Position numbers and translations under genes: made by a program. Below, one piece after another: positions 19,503 through 29,465 of a stretch of DNA of 64,000 nucleotides. Under the pieces are notes generated by a model, which worked only from the letters and a program-made list of their open reading frames with translations, did no database searches and was not told the DNA's origin. This stretch comes from Patescibacteria group bacterium (lineage in GTDB: Bacteria > Patescibacteriota > Patescibacteriia > UBA1558), in contig JADHUR010000001.1 in the NCBI GenBank assembly GCA_016784445.1, positions 19,464 to 83,463 of the forward strand. The letters run 5' to 3'. Position 1 is the stretch's first letter. Each line of letters begins with the position of its first letter.

Positions 19503-20783
19503 CTATCTATTTATCCAATTATCTTCTTGTCTAACTAATAATTCTTGTGCCTTTTGAGGTTCAGCCATAATCTCTTTTGTGATACGTTCCATTCTAGCAC
19601 CTTGAGAACCTTTAATTAATATAACATCCCCTTCTTTGATTCTATTTTGTATAAAATGACCAGCCTCATCATGACTTGTAAAGGTAAATACATGCTCATC
19701 TAACATGCCAGCTTCTTTGGCTCCTCTTGCAAAATCTCTAGCTATTTCACCAACTGTTATAAGTATATCTATATTTTTTTCAGCAATATATTTACCAACA
19801 GAATTATGTTCAAGTTCTGTTTTTTGACCAAGCTCAAGCATATCTCCCAAAACTACAAATCTTCTTGCTCCCTCTGAAAGTGGCAAAGTAAGTAATAAAT
19901 CAATAGCTGCTCTAACTGCTATTGGTGATGAATTATATGTATCATCAATCAATTGCGTATGTTTAATACCCGGTAATAATCTAGTCCTTCCGGCAATGCC
20001 ATCATAATTCTGTACAAGTTCAGAAATTGCCACCAAATTCATATCATACATTACACCAACGGCAACTCCTGCTAAGATTGCATATACATGTTGAAAGCTA
20101 ACAATATTTGGTAAAAATACCGGCACAACTGTTCCTTGATGTCTAAGCTTAAAATTAAGTCCCAATTCATTACCACGACTTAGTAAAATAATATCATCAG
20201 CATGAACAGAAGATTCTTGATGAATGCCATAACTCATTACATTTGCCTTTGTATGAACTTGTTGAGACCAAGCCAATTCATTGTCTTTATTAATAATTGC
20301 TGTACCCTCTTTAGCAAGCTGGCTAATAATTAATCTTTTCTCTGCCGCAATCTTATTCTGTGTTCCGAAGAATTCAATATGTGCATCGCTAATAGCTGTT
20401 AAGATTCCAATCTTACATTTAATAAATGAAAGTAAATACTTAATATCTCCTGGTTTATCTGCGCCCATTTCAAGTATTAATATACTTGGATAAGAATAAT
20501 CTGTTTTAAAAATTAAACCAATACCCTTTTTAAATACTTTTAACCATTTATATATAGATCTATCTCCTGAATATGAGCCAATAATTGTAAGGGGCACTCC
20601 GATCTCATTATTATAGTTCTTAATATTCTTACGAACATTAAAATTTGCAGATAAAACAGCAAAGACAGCTTCTTTGCATGAAGTTTTACCAACACTACCT
20701 GTAATACCAATAATATCTGGATTATATTTCTTAAGTATCCCAGAAGCTATGATTTTAAGTATAAAATGTAATATTCTTTGCAT
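19503..20783 (-). CDS. murF: UDP-MurNAc-tripeptide:D-Ala-D-Ala ligase
   Basis: GITGSVGKTS, NNEIGVP, DDTYNSSP, LGDMLELG, KGSQG; start moved to MQRIL, 6 nt after TATAAT. Confidence 0.93.
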   Translation of the reverse strand: MQRILHFILKIIASGILKKYNPDIIGITGSVGKTSCKEAVFAVLSANFNVRKNIKNYNNEIGVPLTIIGSYSGDRSIYKWLKVFKKGIGLIFKTDYSYPSILILEMGADKPGDIKYLLSFIKCKIGILTAISDAHIEFFGTQNKIAAEKRLIISQLAKEGTAIINKDNELAWSQQVHTKANVMSYGIHQESSVHADDIILLSRGNELGLNFKLRHQGTVVPVFLPNIVSFQHVYAILAGVAVGVMYDMNLVAISELVQNYDGIAGRTRLLPGIKHTQLIDDTYNSSPIAVRAAIDLLLTLPLSEGARRFVVLGDMLELGQKTELEHNSVGKYIAEKNIDILITVGEIARDFARGAKEAGMLDEHVFTFTSHDEAGHFIQNRIKEGDVILIKGSQGARMERITKEIMAEPQKAQELLVRQEDNWINR

Positions 20784-20805
20784 ATATCTATTATATCTCA
20801 ATTAA

Positions 20806-22551
20806 TTACTTTTCTGTAGGTATTTGTAAATATTGGAGGATAAATTGAGCAAGTTCACCAAATAAAGGAGCTGCAGATGATGCTGCGAATTCTACATTTG
20901 ATGGATGATCAAATTTAGTAAGCATGACAAATCTTGGATTATCTACTGGTGCAAAACCAATAAATGTATGAATTGTTTGAACTTCATCATAACCAACTGT
21001 TCCTCCGCTAGCTACTTGAGCAGTGCCTGTTTTACCACCAATATAATAGCCTGGCACACTGGCTAGTTTTGCATGACCAGATTCAACTACATTTGCAAGC
21101 ATAGCAGATATTGTCATGCTAGTTTTTGGTGATATTACTTGATTTACTACAACTGGTTTATTCTTCTCTTCAATACCAGATGAAAATACTATTCTATCTA
21201 CAATATAGGGTTGCATAAGCTTTCCTCCATTTGCGAGAGCTGCAAAAGCGGTGACAAGCTGAATTGGCGTTGCTGTTAAACCCTGTCCATATGATGCGGT
21301 GGCAAGAAAAACATCACTTTTTTTATCTAATGAAGATATATTTCCAGCTACTTCTTTATTTAAAGATATTCCAGTAAACTTACCAAAACCGAAATTTTCC
21401 ATATAGTCTCTAAATTTATTAATACCAACTTGCTGTGCTATCCATATTGCACCAGTATTAATAGACTTCTCAAGAATCTGTGTAATAGTTTGTTCACCAT
21501 ATACTTTTTCTTGTGCATTTTTAATAGTATACTTACCTATTTCAACAGATCCAGTATCAGTAAACAATGTATTAGGCTCAACCTTATCTTGATCTATTGC
21601 CGCTGCAATTGTTAATGCTTTAAATACTGATCCTGGTTCATAGGCTGTAAATATAGCTGGATTATTATATACCTCCACAGTCTCAACCATATTATATTCA
21701 TTCGGATTAAAGTCTGGATAAGAGCACATGGCCATAATAGCGCCAGTATTTGGCTCCATAATAATAACTGTACCTGTTGCTGCACCATATTTCACGGCAT
21801 GTTTAGCTAGCAAATTACATGTTTGAAATTGAAGAGCTCTATCTATTGTCAGTACTAAATCAAAACCATCTTCAGCTCTTTCATAAATTCTATCTCCGGT
21901 TGGTATAATTCTTCCCAATACATCTCTATGATATTGCATTCTACCGGACTCTCCTGATAATTCCTTATTAAAATATCCTTCTAAACCATATTGACCCTGA
22001 TAGCCATTATCTGTATAACCCACAAAGCCTAATAAATGACTACCAATATTATTCTCAGGATAATATCTCCACACCTCTTCAATGAAATGAATACCTGGCA
22101 GTTCAAATTCTTCAAGTGCTTCTTTCTGCTCGGTTGTTATTTTTTTATATAATGGCTCATAAACATCATCTACTTTAAGTAGTCTATTCAAAATTATATC
22201 TTGATGTTCTTCGTCTTCAATTTTAAGTATATCTATTAATTTATCCAATATATCTTTAGGGTATTTAACTTCATTAGTATTTGCATAAGCTAAATAGTAT
22301 TTTCTATTGGTAGCATATGGATAAATTTTGCTTTCATCTTTATAATCTTGTAAATATATTTCACCACGATTTGGAGATAATTCTGCATCTATCTTATATT
22401 GACTCTCAGCTATATCACTATAATACTCATGTTGAAATATTTGTATTATAAAAAGCTTACCAATAAGAAGTATCACAAATGCCAAAATAACCGTCACTAA
22501 AAAAGCCAGACGATTATCTATAAAATTATCTTTTTTTCTAATTCTCTGCAT
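20806..22551 (-). CDS. ftsI: Class B penicillin-binding protein (FtsI-like)
   Basis: EPGSVFK (SxxK), SIN (SxN), KTGT; dcw context. Confidence 0.9.
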   Translation of the reverse strand: MQRIRKKDNFIDNRLAFLVTVILAFVILLIGKLFIIQIFQHEYYSDIAESQYKIDAELSPNRGEIYLQDYKDESKIYPYATNRKYYLAYANTNEVKYPKDILDKLIDILKIEDEEHQDIILNRLLKVDDVYEPLYKKITTEQKEALEEFELPGIHFIEEVWRYYPENNIGSHLLGFVGYTDNGYQGQYGLEGYFNKELSGESGRMQYHRDVLGRIIPTGDRIYERAEDGFDLVLTIDRALQFQTCNLLAKHAVKYGAATGTVIIMEPNTGAIMAMCSYPDFNPNEYNMVETVEVYNNPAIFTAYEPGSVFKALTIAAAIDQDKVEPNTLFTDTGSVEIGKYTIKNAQEKVYGEQTITQILEKSINTGAIWIAQQVGINKFRDYMENFGFGKFTGISLNKEVAGNISSLDKKSDVFLATASYGQGLTATPIQLVTAFAALANGGKLMQPYIVDRIVFSSGIEEKNKPVVVNQVISPKTSMTISAMLANVVESGHAKLASVPGYYIGGKTGTAQVASGGTVGYDEVQTIHTFIGFAPVDNPRFVMLTKFDHPSNVEFAASSAAPLFGELAQFILQYLQIPTEK

Positions 22552-22632
22552 ATACTAAATTGAAAGCCCTCAATTTAAAACAGAGGGCTTATAGTTCTCA
22601 GGCATGGGAGTTATGGCGAATCATATTCGTCA

Positions 22633-22962
22633 TTATTTAACAGCCACTACTGCATCACCACCTATATAGCTATAATGATCCACTTGAACCATATTAAGCT
22701 CTGTTGCCATCTCTTCAATACGAGATATTGCACGTAGATTTGTAATCTGAAGTTGTATTTCCCTATTCTGCTCCTGTAATTCATAGATATTCCTTTGATA
22801 TTCTGAAATAGCTATTCCTAAGGTTGCAGAATTATTAACTACAAATAAATAGACAAATACTGATGCTGTTGCTGTAAAAATTAACAATGAACGTAATTTT
22901 CCAACATTAAAAAAATTTATAAAGTTTCCACTAAAAAGTGAATTTGATTTTGGCCCTCGCAT
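22633..22962 (-). CDS. ftsL: FtsL-like cell division protein
   Basis: TM + coiled coil, RIEEMATELNM; between rsmH and ftsI. Confidence 0.7.
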   Translation of the reverse strand: MRGPKSNSLFSGNFINFFNVGKLRSLLIFTATASVFVYLFVVNNSATLGIAISEYQRNIYELQEQNREIQLQITNLRAISRIEEMATELNMVQVDHYSYIGGDAVVAVK

Positions 22963-23003
22963 ATTTTTTATTTTTTAATTTTTGCTATTTAATATTTTAA
23001 TTA

Positions 23004-23939
23004 TTATATCTTTTCTATTATTCTCAACTTAGCACTTCTTGAACGTGGATTTACTTTAATTTCATCAGCGCTAGGTTTAATAGGTTTTTTTGTTATCTTC
23101 TTAATACTTGCTTTATGATCACAAACACATTGTGGAAATTCAGGTGGACATATACAGTCTATACTCATTTCCTTAAATACTTGCTTTACTATTCTATCTT
23201 CTAATGAATGAAATGTTATAACCGCTAATTTGGCTCTTGCTGGTAATACTTTAACTGCCAGGGGTAAATACTCCTTTAAATTGTTAAGCTCATCATTTAC
23301 AGCAATTCTTAAAGCCTGAAAGGTTTTAGTAGCTGGATGTATCTTATCTAATGCATGCCTTGGTTTTATCTCTAATATTAAATCTACTAAATCTTTTGTT
23401 ATAACAAACTCTTTTGTTTTTCTTCTTAATACAATTTTATTTGCTATCAGCTTCCAAAACTTCTCTTCCCCATATTCTTTCAATATCTTTCCTATCTCTC
23501 CTTCTGACCAATTATTTAATATATCCGCAGCTGTTACTCCAGCAGTATCTCCAAATTGCATATTAAGCGGTGCATCTATTTGAAAACTGAAACCCTTATC
23601 TTTATCTTTAAGTTGCATTGATGATATTCCTAAGTCTACATATATTCCACCAAGCTTCTTCTTATCTATACTATATTCTTTAACTATATCTTCTATTGAA
23701 GAATAATCTTCATTTATGTATACAACTCTATCCGCATATTCTACTAAATTTTTTTTAGCAATATTTATTGCTTTCTTATCTAAATCTAAGCCATAAACTT
23801 TTCCACCCGGACTACTAAGCTCTAATACTCTCATAGCATGACCACCTGCACCCAATGTACAATCAATATAATCCTTATCTGGCTCAATACTAAGGCCTGC
23901 GATTAATTCAGATAATAATACAGGTATATGTTCTTCCAT
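23004..23939 (-). CDS. rsmH: 16S rRNA m4C1402 methyltransferase
   Basis: HIPVL, DCTLGAGGH, DLGISSMQ, FHSLEDR, NPRSRSAKLR. Confidence 0.98.
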   Translation of the reverse strand: MEEHIPVLLSELIAGLSIEPDKDYIDCTLGAGGHAMRVLELSSPGGKVYGLDLDKKAINIAKKNLVEYADRVVYINEDYSSIEDIVKEYSIDKKKLGGIYVDLGISSMQLKDKDKGFSFQIDAPLNMQFGDTAGVTAADILNNWSEGEIGKILKEYGEEKFWKLIANKIVLRRKTKEFVITKDLVDLILEIKPRHALDKIHPATKTFQALRIAVNDELNNLKEYLPLAVKVLPARAKLAVITFHSLEDRIVKQVFKEMSIDCICPPEFPQCVCDHKASIKKITKKPIKPSADEIKVNPRSRSAKLRIIEKI

Positions 23940-23944
23940 AGATA

Positions 23945-24376
23945 TTAGACTCCTAATTCACCCAATGCTTCTGCAATATCTGAACTATTTGTTTCTGTTT
24001 GCTTACTGTATTTTGTCCATTCATTTTCATCCCATATTTCTAATCTGTCATATAGTCCTGTAATAATTACTTTCTTTTTCAACTTAGCATATGTAGTTAG
24101 ATAATCTGGTAAGTTAACTCTTCCCTGCTTATCTAATGACACATCCATAGCACCAGCTAGCATTAAACGAGCAAATGCTCTTGTCTTAGCTTGGCCAATT
24201 GGTAGGGCTGCTAATTTATCTGCGAGCTTTTTCCAATCATTCTTAGGGTAAATAAAAAGACAGTTATCAAGACCTCTTGTGATAACTGCTCCAGATTTGA
24301 AAACTTGGCGAAACTTAATAGGAAGTGCCATTCTACCTTTTGTATCTATACTGTGATTATATTCACCAATCAACAT
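23945..24376 (-). CDS. mraZ: Division/cell wall transcriptional repressor MraZ
   Basis: MLIGEY...DTKGR...DKQGR; start moved to 24376. Confidence 0.97.
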   Translation of the reverse strand: MLIGEYNHSIDTKGRMALPIKFRQVFKSGAVITRGLDNCLFIYPKNDWKKLADKLAALPIGQAKTRAFARLMLAGAMDVSLDKQGRVNLPDYLTTYAKLKKKVIITGLYDRLEIWDENEWTKYSKQTETNSSDIAEALGELGV

Positions 24377-24420
24377 ACTTGTTTCTTTTTTGATAGTTAT
24401 TAACAGATAAATGGGGTTAT

Positions 24421-24488
24421 CCCCACCTTCTCCCACTTTTCACCCTTACATATCCATTATACACCACATTGTATAACTGTTCAACCAC
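24421..24488 (-). promoter_or_regulatory. mraZ promoter with MraZ-binding GTGG(G) repeats
   Basis: TTGAAC, 17 nt, TATAAT (24456-24461); GTGGG at 10-nt spacing (24422-24436) plus more GTGG copies. Confidence 0.8.
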
Positions 24489-24558
24489 TTCAATATTACG
24501 ACATAAAAACAAAAAATAGCCAATAAATTGACTATTTCTATATTTATACACAGTTCCC

Positions 24559-24948
24559 CTATTTACCCTTAGTAATATTAGGTTCTTTATAATACTCCGG
24601 AATAATAAAAGATGGTGCTGACTTTCCTTTAATCTTTAACTTAAGTGCTCTAGCAAGTTCTAGGTCTGAAGCATCTTTACTCTTTATCTTATAAACTGCT
24701 ATTCCTAAACTCCAAGCCAATGTATTTGCAATACTAGTAACTGCTCTTAATAGTGAAAATGAAGCAGGACTATATAGCACTGCTATTGCTTGTAATTGAG
24801 TAAGTTTAACTTTCTCCTCTTCAAGAAATTCAACAATGCTGTTTAACAAAATATTCTTATCTACTTTAACGGTCTTTGTAATAACCTCAGCTGGTTTAAC
24901 TAGTTTTAAATCTATACTATCTTTTTCTATCTTAAATATTAATATCAT
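24559..24948 (-). CDS. tsaB: Truncated TsaB-like protein
   Basis: SPASFSLLRAVTSIANTLAW resembles GPGSFTGLR..A; ends IIPEYYKEPNIT. Confidence 0.65.
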   Translation of the reverse strand: MILIFKIEKDSIDLKLVKPAEVITKTVKVDKNILLNSIVEFLEEEKVKLTQLQAIAVLYSPASFSLLRAVTSIANTLAWSLGIAVYKIKSKDASDLELARALKLKIKGKSAPSFIIPEYYKEPNITKGK

Positions 24949-25505
24949 TTGTTTAATTTATTTATAAGGACAATAGACTTTCTCTCAAGTAAGTCATAAA
25001 GAAATCTATCCGTCATACTATTTCTATAATTATATTCCTTGGTTGTAAAATGTGTATATCTAAGTGGCTGATTTGTAATCTTCTCAATCTCTCTAATAAA
25101 GCTAGCAAGATTTGTTTTATTAATTCTACCCACGATTACAATATCTGTTTTAGCTTCATCATCATCTACAAAAAAACCAACCAATGATAGATAACGAATA
25201 CCGTCATACTTTTTGGTTGATTCTAAAATCTTATTCTCCCAAAGTAGTCTTGCTTTAATAAACAAGCTAGTCATCTCGGGTAATAGAATAAAGTCCATAT
25301 TTAAAGAATAGTACTTTCTTCTGTCCTCTTCCTCAGATATAACTAATTGGAATTTCTCTAAATTAGAAAGTTCTCTCCTTACAGAATTCAATCTTTCACC
25401 AATGATTCTTGTTATTTCTCTCACAAAAAACCTCTTATTCTGGTTAAAAAGGAATAAATTGAGTAGTTTTTCACGTGTTCTTGAACTAAATAGTTGTTCT
25501 AGCAT
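24945..25505 (-). CDS. Winged-HTH protein with nucleotidyltransferase-like C-terminal domain
   Basis: LFSSRTREKLL...VREITR...NSVRRELSNL; C-terminal DIVIVG. Confidence 0.75.
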   Translation of the reverse strand: MLEQLFSSRTREKLLNLFLFNQNKRFFVREITRIIGERLNSVRRELSNLEKFQLVISEEEDRRKYYSLNMDFILLPEMTSLFIKARLLWENKILESTKKYDGIRYLSLVGFFVDDDEAKTDIVIVGRINKTNLASFIREIEKITNQPLRYTHFTTKEYNYRNSMTDRFLYDLLERKSIVLINKLNK

Positions 25506-25575
25506 TTATATTAAATTAGGTTTTACTAAACGTTAGCAAATATAGTATAATAAGTTTGAATAATTTTGCAACTCT

Positions 25576-27744
25576 ATGACCAAAAATATACAACTTTCTA
25601 GCATTTTTATACAAGATCCCACTCATGCCAACGCATTAGGTGATGTATATATAGTAGATGACCAGACTTCTGTTGAGGATAGGGGTCATTTTTTTATCCT
25701 TGCAAATATGCAAAATCCGAAGCCAGATTATGAGAGATTCTTGGGTGCTTTTATAAATAGAGCTAAAAGTACATATTATGATTCTCACCTTGAGGATTCA
25801 ACAAAACTTTTAGAACATACACTTAATGATTTAAATAAATGGCTGCCTGAAAACCTTCCCGAACAAAAGAAAGTATTAGCTCAATTGAATATCATTGTTG
25901 GTAATCTAAAAGATAATATTTTAAATATTGCGTCCATTGGAGATTGGAGAGGTTATTTAATGAATAAGACAAAAGCAATTGATGTCTTAGGTAAAACTCC
26001 TCCACCACTTAATCCTATAAAGCTATTTGAGAACATTGTAACTGGTAATTTAGATAAAGGCTTAAGTTTTATTATTACTAATCCATCCTTATTAGATTAT
26101 TTAGCACTGGACAAAGTAAGAAAGATATTAGCAACAATACCGGCAAGATCAGCTGCTGAGCAAATTAAAAATATGGTTGGAGAAGTACCAACTCATGTTA
26201 CCTTTGCAAGTTTAATAATAAAGAATAGTGAGGTAGATTCAGAACAAGCTATTCCAGCCTTTATTGCACACAAAGAAAGAAGAAATGATATTGAAAGCAT
26301 ACCTTCTAATGCCAAAACGCCAAGACAAGCTGCTATACATTCAAGAGAATCTATAGATCGATTAATTAATACTCAAAGTGAGACTCAAAGAGTACTTACT
26401 GTCCCCTCTTCTTGGGAGACAATTAAAGCTGGATTTGCTAATTTAACAGCTTCAATACATGATGCTGGCATAATGGGAAAAGTTATTAAATATATAACAT
26501 TATTATTTTCATATATTTGGCTCGGTCTTAAATTTATATTTCAAATTTTAATATATTTATTGAAACAATTATATTCTGTATTACTTGCACTCATTAGTCC
26601 TGGCAAACAACTATCACGAATAAAGATGCCAGCAAAAATCAAAGAAATTAAATTAGATAAGAAAGCAAAGATAATCACAGCTACTATATTAGCTTTAATT
26701 ATCATTCTATTATTAGTAATAATGCCTGGTAATAATTCAAATTCATTAACAACAGAACAATTAGATGCAATAGATCTTGAATTAAAAACTAGAGAAGAAA
26801 CAATTGAAGCTTCTCTAATATATGGAGATAGAATTAAGGCGCAAGGACTATTAACTGAAATACATGAACTTCTAGCACCACTTCCTACAGAAAATAAGAA
26901 ATTTCAAGCAGAATTAGATACATTAAATCAAAGGGCAGATATTTTAACAGAACGCATTTGGAATATTATGGAAATTGATAATCCAGTAGCTTTATTTAAT
27001 ATTGAAGAAATAGATAATAAGGCAAATTTAATAGCTCTTGCTAATAAAGAAGATCAAGCATATATATTTACAGACACAGATAAATACTATATCTTCGATC
27101 TTACTGATAAAGGTTATCAAGCTATTGAGTATCCGAGTAACTTTGCTGGAGTACACAATACTGCAATCTCACCTGCTCAAGATATTCTAGTAGTAGATAA
27201 TAATAAGCAATTCTTTATAGCTACAACAGAAGGTTTGCAGCCTGTTTTAATTTCACTTGCTGCTGGCTTACAAGACATTACAGCTATGACAAGCTTCTAT
27301 AATAGACTATACATTTTAGATAGTACAACAGATCAAATATATAGACATAGACTATCTGGTAATACTTATCTGTCACCAGATACATGGCTTAAGGAAAATA
27401 CAGATTTAGCATCTACTAAAGACATTTCAATTGATGGTTATGTATATATATTAAATGGAATAGAGATAAATAAATATATAAATGGTAGACAAGAATCATT
27501 CCCACAAATTAGCATATATCCAGAAATATCTAATCCAACTAAACTATATACAAATTTGAATGCTACAGATATATATTTGCTAGAACCAGACAATAAGCGC
27601 GTACTAGTACTTAATAAAGATGGTAAACTAGTAAAACAATTTCATTCTGAATCATTTACAAATATTTCTAATTTCTCTGTTCAAGAAGAAGCAAAACGAA
27701 TGCTTATCATGACAGATAAACAACTATATATAATTCCACTATAA
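25576..27744 (+). CDS. Membrane protein: degenerate PP2C-like N-domain, TM, C-terminal beta-propeller
   Basis: IASIGDWRGYL; hydrophobic segments mid-protein; DISIDGYVYIL and IYLLEPDNKRVLVLNKDGKLVKQF blades. Confidence 0.7.
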   Translation: MTKNIQLSSIFIQDPTHANALGDVYIVDDQTSVEDRGHFFILANMQNPKPDYERFLGAFINRAKSTYYDSHLEDSTKLLEHTLNDLNKWLPENLPEQKKVLAQLNIIVGNLKDNILNIASIGDWRGYLMNKTKAIDVLGKTPPPLNPIKLFENIVTGNLDKGLSFIITNPSLLDYLALDKVRKILATIPARSAAEQIKNMVGEVPTHVTFASLIIKNSEVDSEQAIPAFIAHKERRNDIESIPSNAKTPRQAAIHSRESIDRLINTQSETQRVLTVPSSWETIKAGFANLTASIHDAGIMGKVIKYITLLFSYIWLGLKFIFQILIYLLKQLYSVLLALISPGKQLSRIKMPAKIKEIKLDKKAKIITATILALIIILLLVIMPGNNSNSLTTEQLDAIDLELKTREETIEASLIYGDRIKAQGLLTEIHELLAPLPTENKKFQAELDTLNQRADILTERIWNIMEIDNPVALFNIEEIDNKANLIALANKEDQAYIFTDTDKYYIFDLTDKGYQAIEYPSNFAGVHNTAISPAQDILVVDNNKQFFIATTEGLQPVLISLAAGLQDITAMTSFYNRLYILDSTTDQIYRHRLSGNTYLSPDTWLKENTDLASTKDISIDGYVYILNGIEINKYINGRQESFPQISIYPEISNPTKLYTNLNATDIYLLEPDNKRVLVLNKDGKLVKQFHSESFTNISNFSVQEEAKRMLIMTDKQLYIIPL

Positions 27745-27801
27745 TTTGACATTATTATATATTTTGCTAATGTATTCATAGAAATTACAATAGGAGGAGA
27801 T

Positions 27802-27996
27802 ATGCAGTGTTTTGAACAACCTTGCGCAAAGCATGTGAAGAAAACTAATGACCAATGCCCCGGATGTGTTAATGGCAAACTTGTAAACTACTACTGGGAC
27901 AGCAACTGAGGTCGCGGAAATTATCGCAGTTGCGATCAAGGTTGTGGCTATGATGAGAAAGTTGAAGATGGAAAAAAATCGACTTGCGCTACATAG
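27802..27996 (+). pseudogene. Cys-rich zinc-ribbon miniprotein with in-frame TGA (unit 6)
   Basis: TTGACA 27746, SD AGGAGG, MQCFEQPCAKHVKKTNDQCPGCVNGKLVNYYWDSN*GRGNYRSCDQGCGYDEKVEDGKKSTCAT*; TGA at 27907-27909. Confidence 0.65.
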
Positions 27997-28013
27997 CTTT
28001 TAAATGTTTAAAC

Positions 28014-28047
28014 AAAAATACCTCGATAAATCGAGGTATTTTTTTTA
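28014..28047. terminator. Bidirectional terminator
   Basis: AAAAATACCTCGAT-AA-ATCGAGGTATTTTT. Confidence 0.85.
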
Positions 28048-28060
28048 TCTTTGAAATATA

Positions 28061-28525
28061 TTATTTCAATGTAACAGTACCACCAGCTTCTTCTATTTGC
28101 TTCTTCATTTCTTCAGCTTCTTCTTTCTTAACACCTTCTTTCAAAATTGTTGGTGCACCGTCTACCATATCTTTAGCTTCTTTAAGACCAAGTTGTGTAA
28201 TTGCACGTACTGCTTTAATTACATTAATCTTTGTTTCACCTGCTGCAGTCAATTCAACATTGAATTCACTCTTTTCTTCTGCAGCTTCACCACCAGCTGC
28301 AGCACCAGGTGCCATAGCCATCATAGGTGCAGCGCTTGATACGCCGAACTTATCTTCCAAGATTGTAACTAGTTCAGATAAATCTAGAACTGACATTTTT
28401 TCAACCTCTTCTACTAAGCTCTTGAACTTTGCAGGAACTACAATGTCCTTTTTTTCTTCTTTTGCATCTTCTGCTTTAGTTTCTTCAACTGGAGCATCAG
28501 CTACTTTTTTTTCTTCGTCTGTCAT
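28061..28525 (-). CDS. rplL: 50S ribosomal protein L7/L12 with acidic N-terminal extension
   Basis: [37 protein letters not shown]. Confidence 0.98.
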   Translation of the reverse strand: MTDEEKKVADAPVEETKAEDAKEEKKDIVVPAKFKSLVEEVEKMSVLDLSELVTILEDKFGVSSAAPMMAMAPGAAAGGEAAEEKSEFNVELTAAGETKINVIKAVRAITQLGLKEAKDMVDGAPTILKEGVKKEEAEEMKKQIEEAGGTVTLK

Positions 28526-28566
28526 AATATTATTATTACTTATTTATTAATATATTAATATACAAA

Positions 28567-29100
28567 TTACTTTGTATCTTTAATCGCATTCAAAACATTT
28601 ACAAGTCCTCTTAGATTTCCTGCAAGTACATTTACGAATCCATTTACAGGAGCCTTAATAGAACCTACTACCTTAGCTAATAATTCTTCACGTGAAGGTA
28701 AATTAGCTAAATTTAATACTTCTTCTTGAGATAAGTATTTCCAATCTTCACCAATCTTAAGTAGTCCTGCTCTCATCTCAAAGTTTTTACTGGTTTTAGC
28801 AAAATCATTTGCAATTTTAGCAGCTGAAACTTCATCTTCTGTAGAAAATGCTGCACCAATACTACCCTCTAAATCTGTAATATCTTCATGCTCAATCTTT
28901 GCATCATCTAATGCAATATTTATAAGATTCTTACCACTAGCCTTATATTCTACACCTTGTTCACGGAATTTCCCTCTTAACTCTTCAAGGCCAAATACAT
29001 CTAGTCCAGCATATGATGTAAAAATAATACTTTTAGCTCTAGTTATTTTATCTACTAGATCTTTAATAGCTATTTTCTTTTGTTCTCTTGTTTTTGGCAT
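28567..29100 (-). CDS. rplJ: 50S ribosomal protein L10
   Basis: MPKTREQK, LANLPSREELLAK; precedes rplL. Confidence 0.97.
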   Translation of the reverse strand: MPKTREQKKIAIKDLVDKITRAKSIIFTSYAGLDVFGLEELRGKFREQGVEYKASGKNLINIALDDAKIEHEDITDLEGSIGAAFSTEDEVSAAKIANDFAKTSKNFEMRAGLLKIGEDWKYLSQEEVLNLANLPSREELLAKVVGSIKAPVNGFVNVLAGNLRGLVNVLNAIKDTK

Positions 29101-29118
29101 ATTATTTAAAAATTTAAA

Positions 29119-29247
29119 TTAATAAAGTGAAATTAATTCTTTAGCAAAGCTAACAACTGGTTGAATCAAATACTCCCATATTCCTATAACCAATAATGTA
29201 TAACTTATTAATATTGAGCTAAACAAAATCTTTTCTTGTTGATCCAT
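29119..29247 (-). CDS. 42-aa putative membrane peptide between the L10 leader and rplJ
   Basis: MDQQEKILFSSILISYTLLVIGIWEYLIQPVVSFAKELISLY*. Confidence 0.45.
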   Translation of the reverse strand: MDQQEKILFSSILISYTLLVIGIWEYLIQPVVSFAKELISLY

Positions 29248-29257
29248 ATGTGTTAAT

Positions 29258-29360
29258 AAAAAAATCTACGGATAAGCCGTAGAAAAGTATAGCAAAACTG
29301 CTATTTATTTACCTAAATGAGATATTTAAGGCCTTTAGCGACCACTCACTTTCTACGGTA
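29258..29360 (-). ncRNA. L10 leader (rplJL autoregulatory attenuator)
   Basis: CCGTAGAAAGTGAG...TTAAATATCTCATTTAGG core, then terminator TCTACGG-CTTAT-CCGTAGA-T7; promoter TTGACA (29389-29394), 17 nt, TATACT. Confidence 0.8.
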
Positions 29361-29465
29361 AAAATAGTATATATTATATATATCAACATGTCAATGCTTT
29401 GACCTGTTTAAATATAAGTGCTATCTTCAAAATAGCAGTTGGTTATTGCTAGAAAGGAGGTTTAA

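Noticed and set aside
27907-27909. Selenocysteine at the in-frame TGA
   Set aside because: The TGA is not at a Cys position of either knuckle, I see no convincing SECIS, and no sel genes are in the window.
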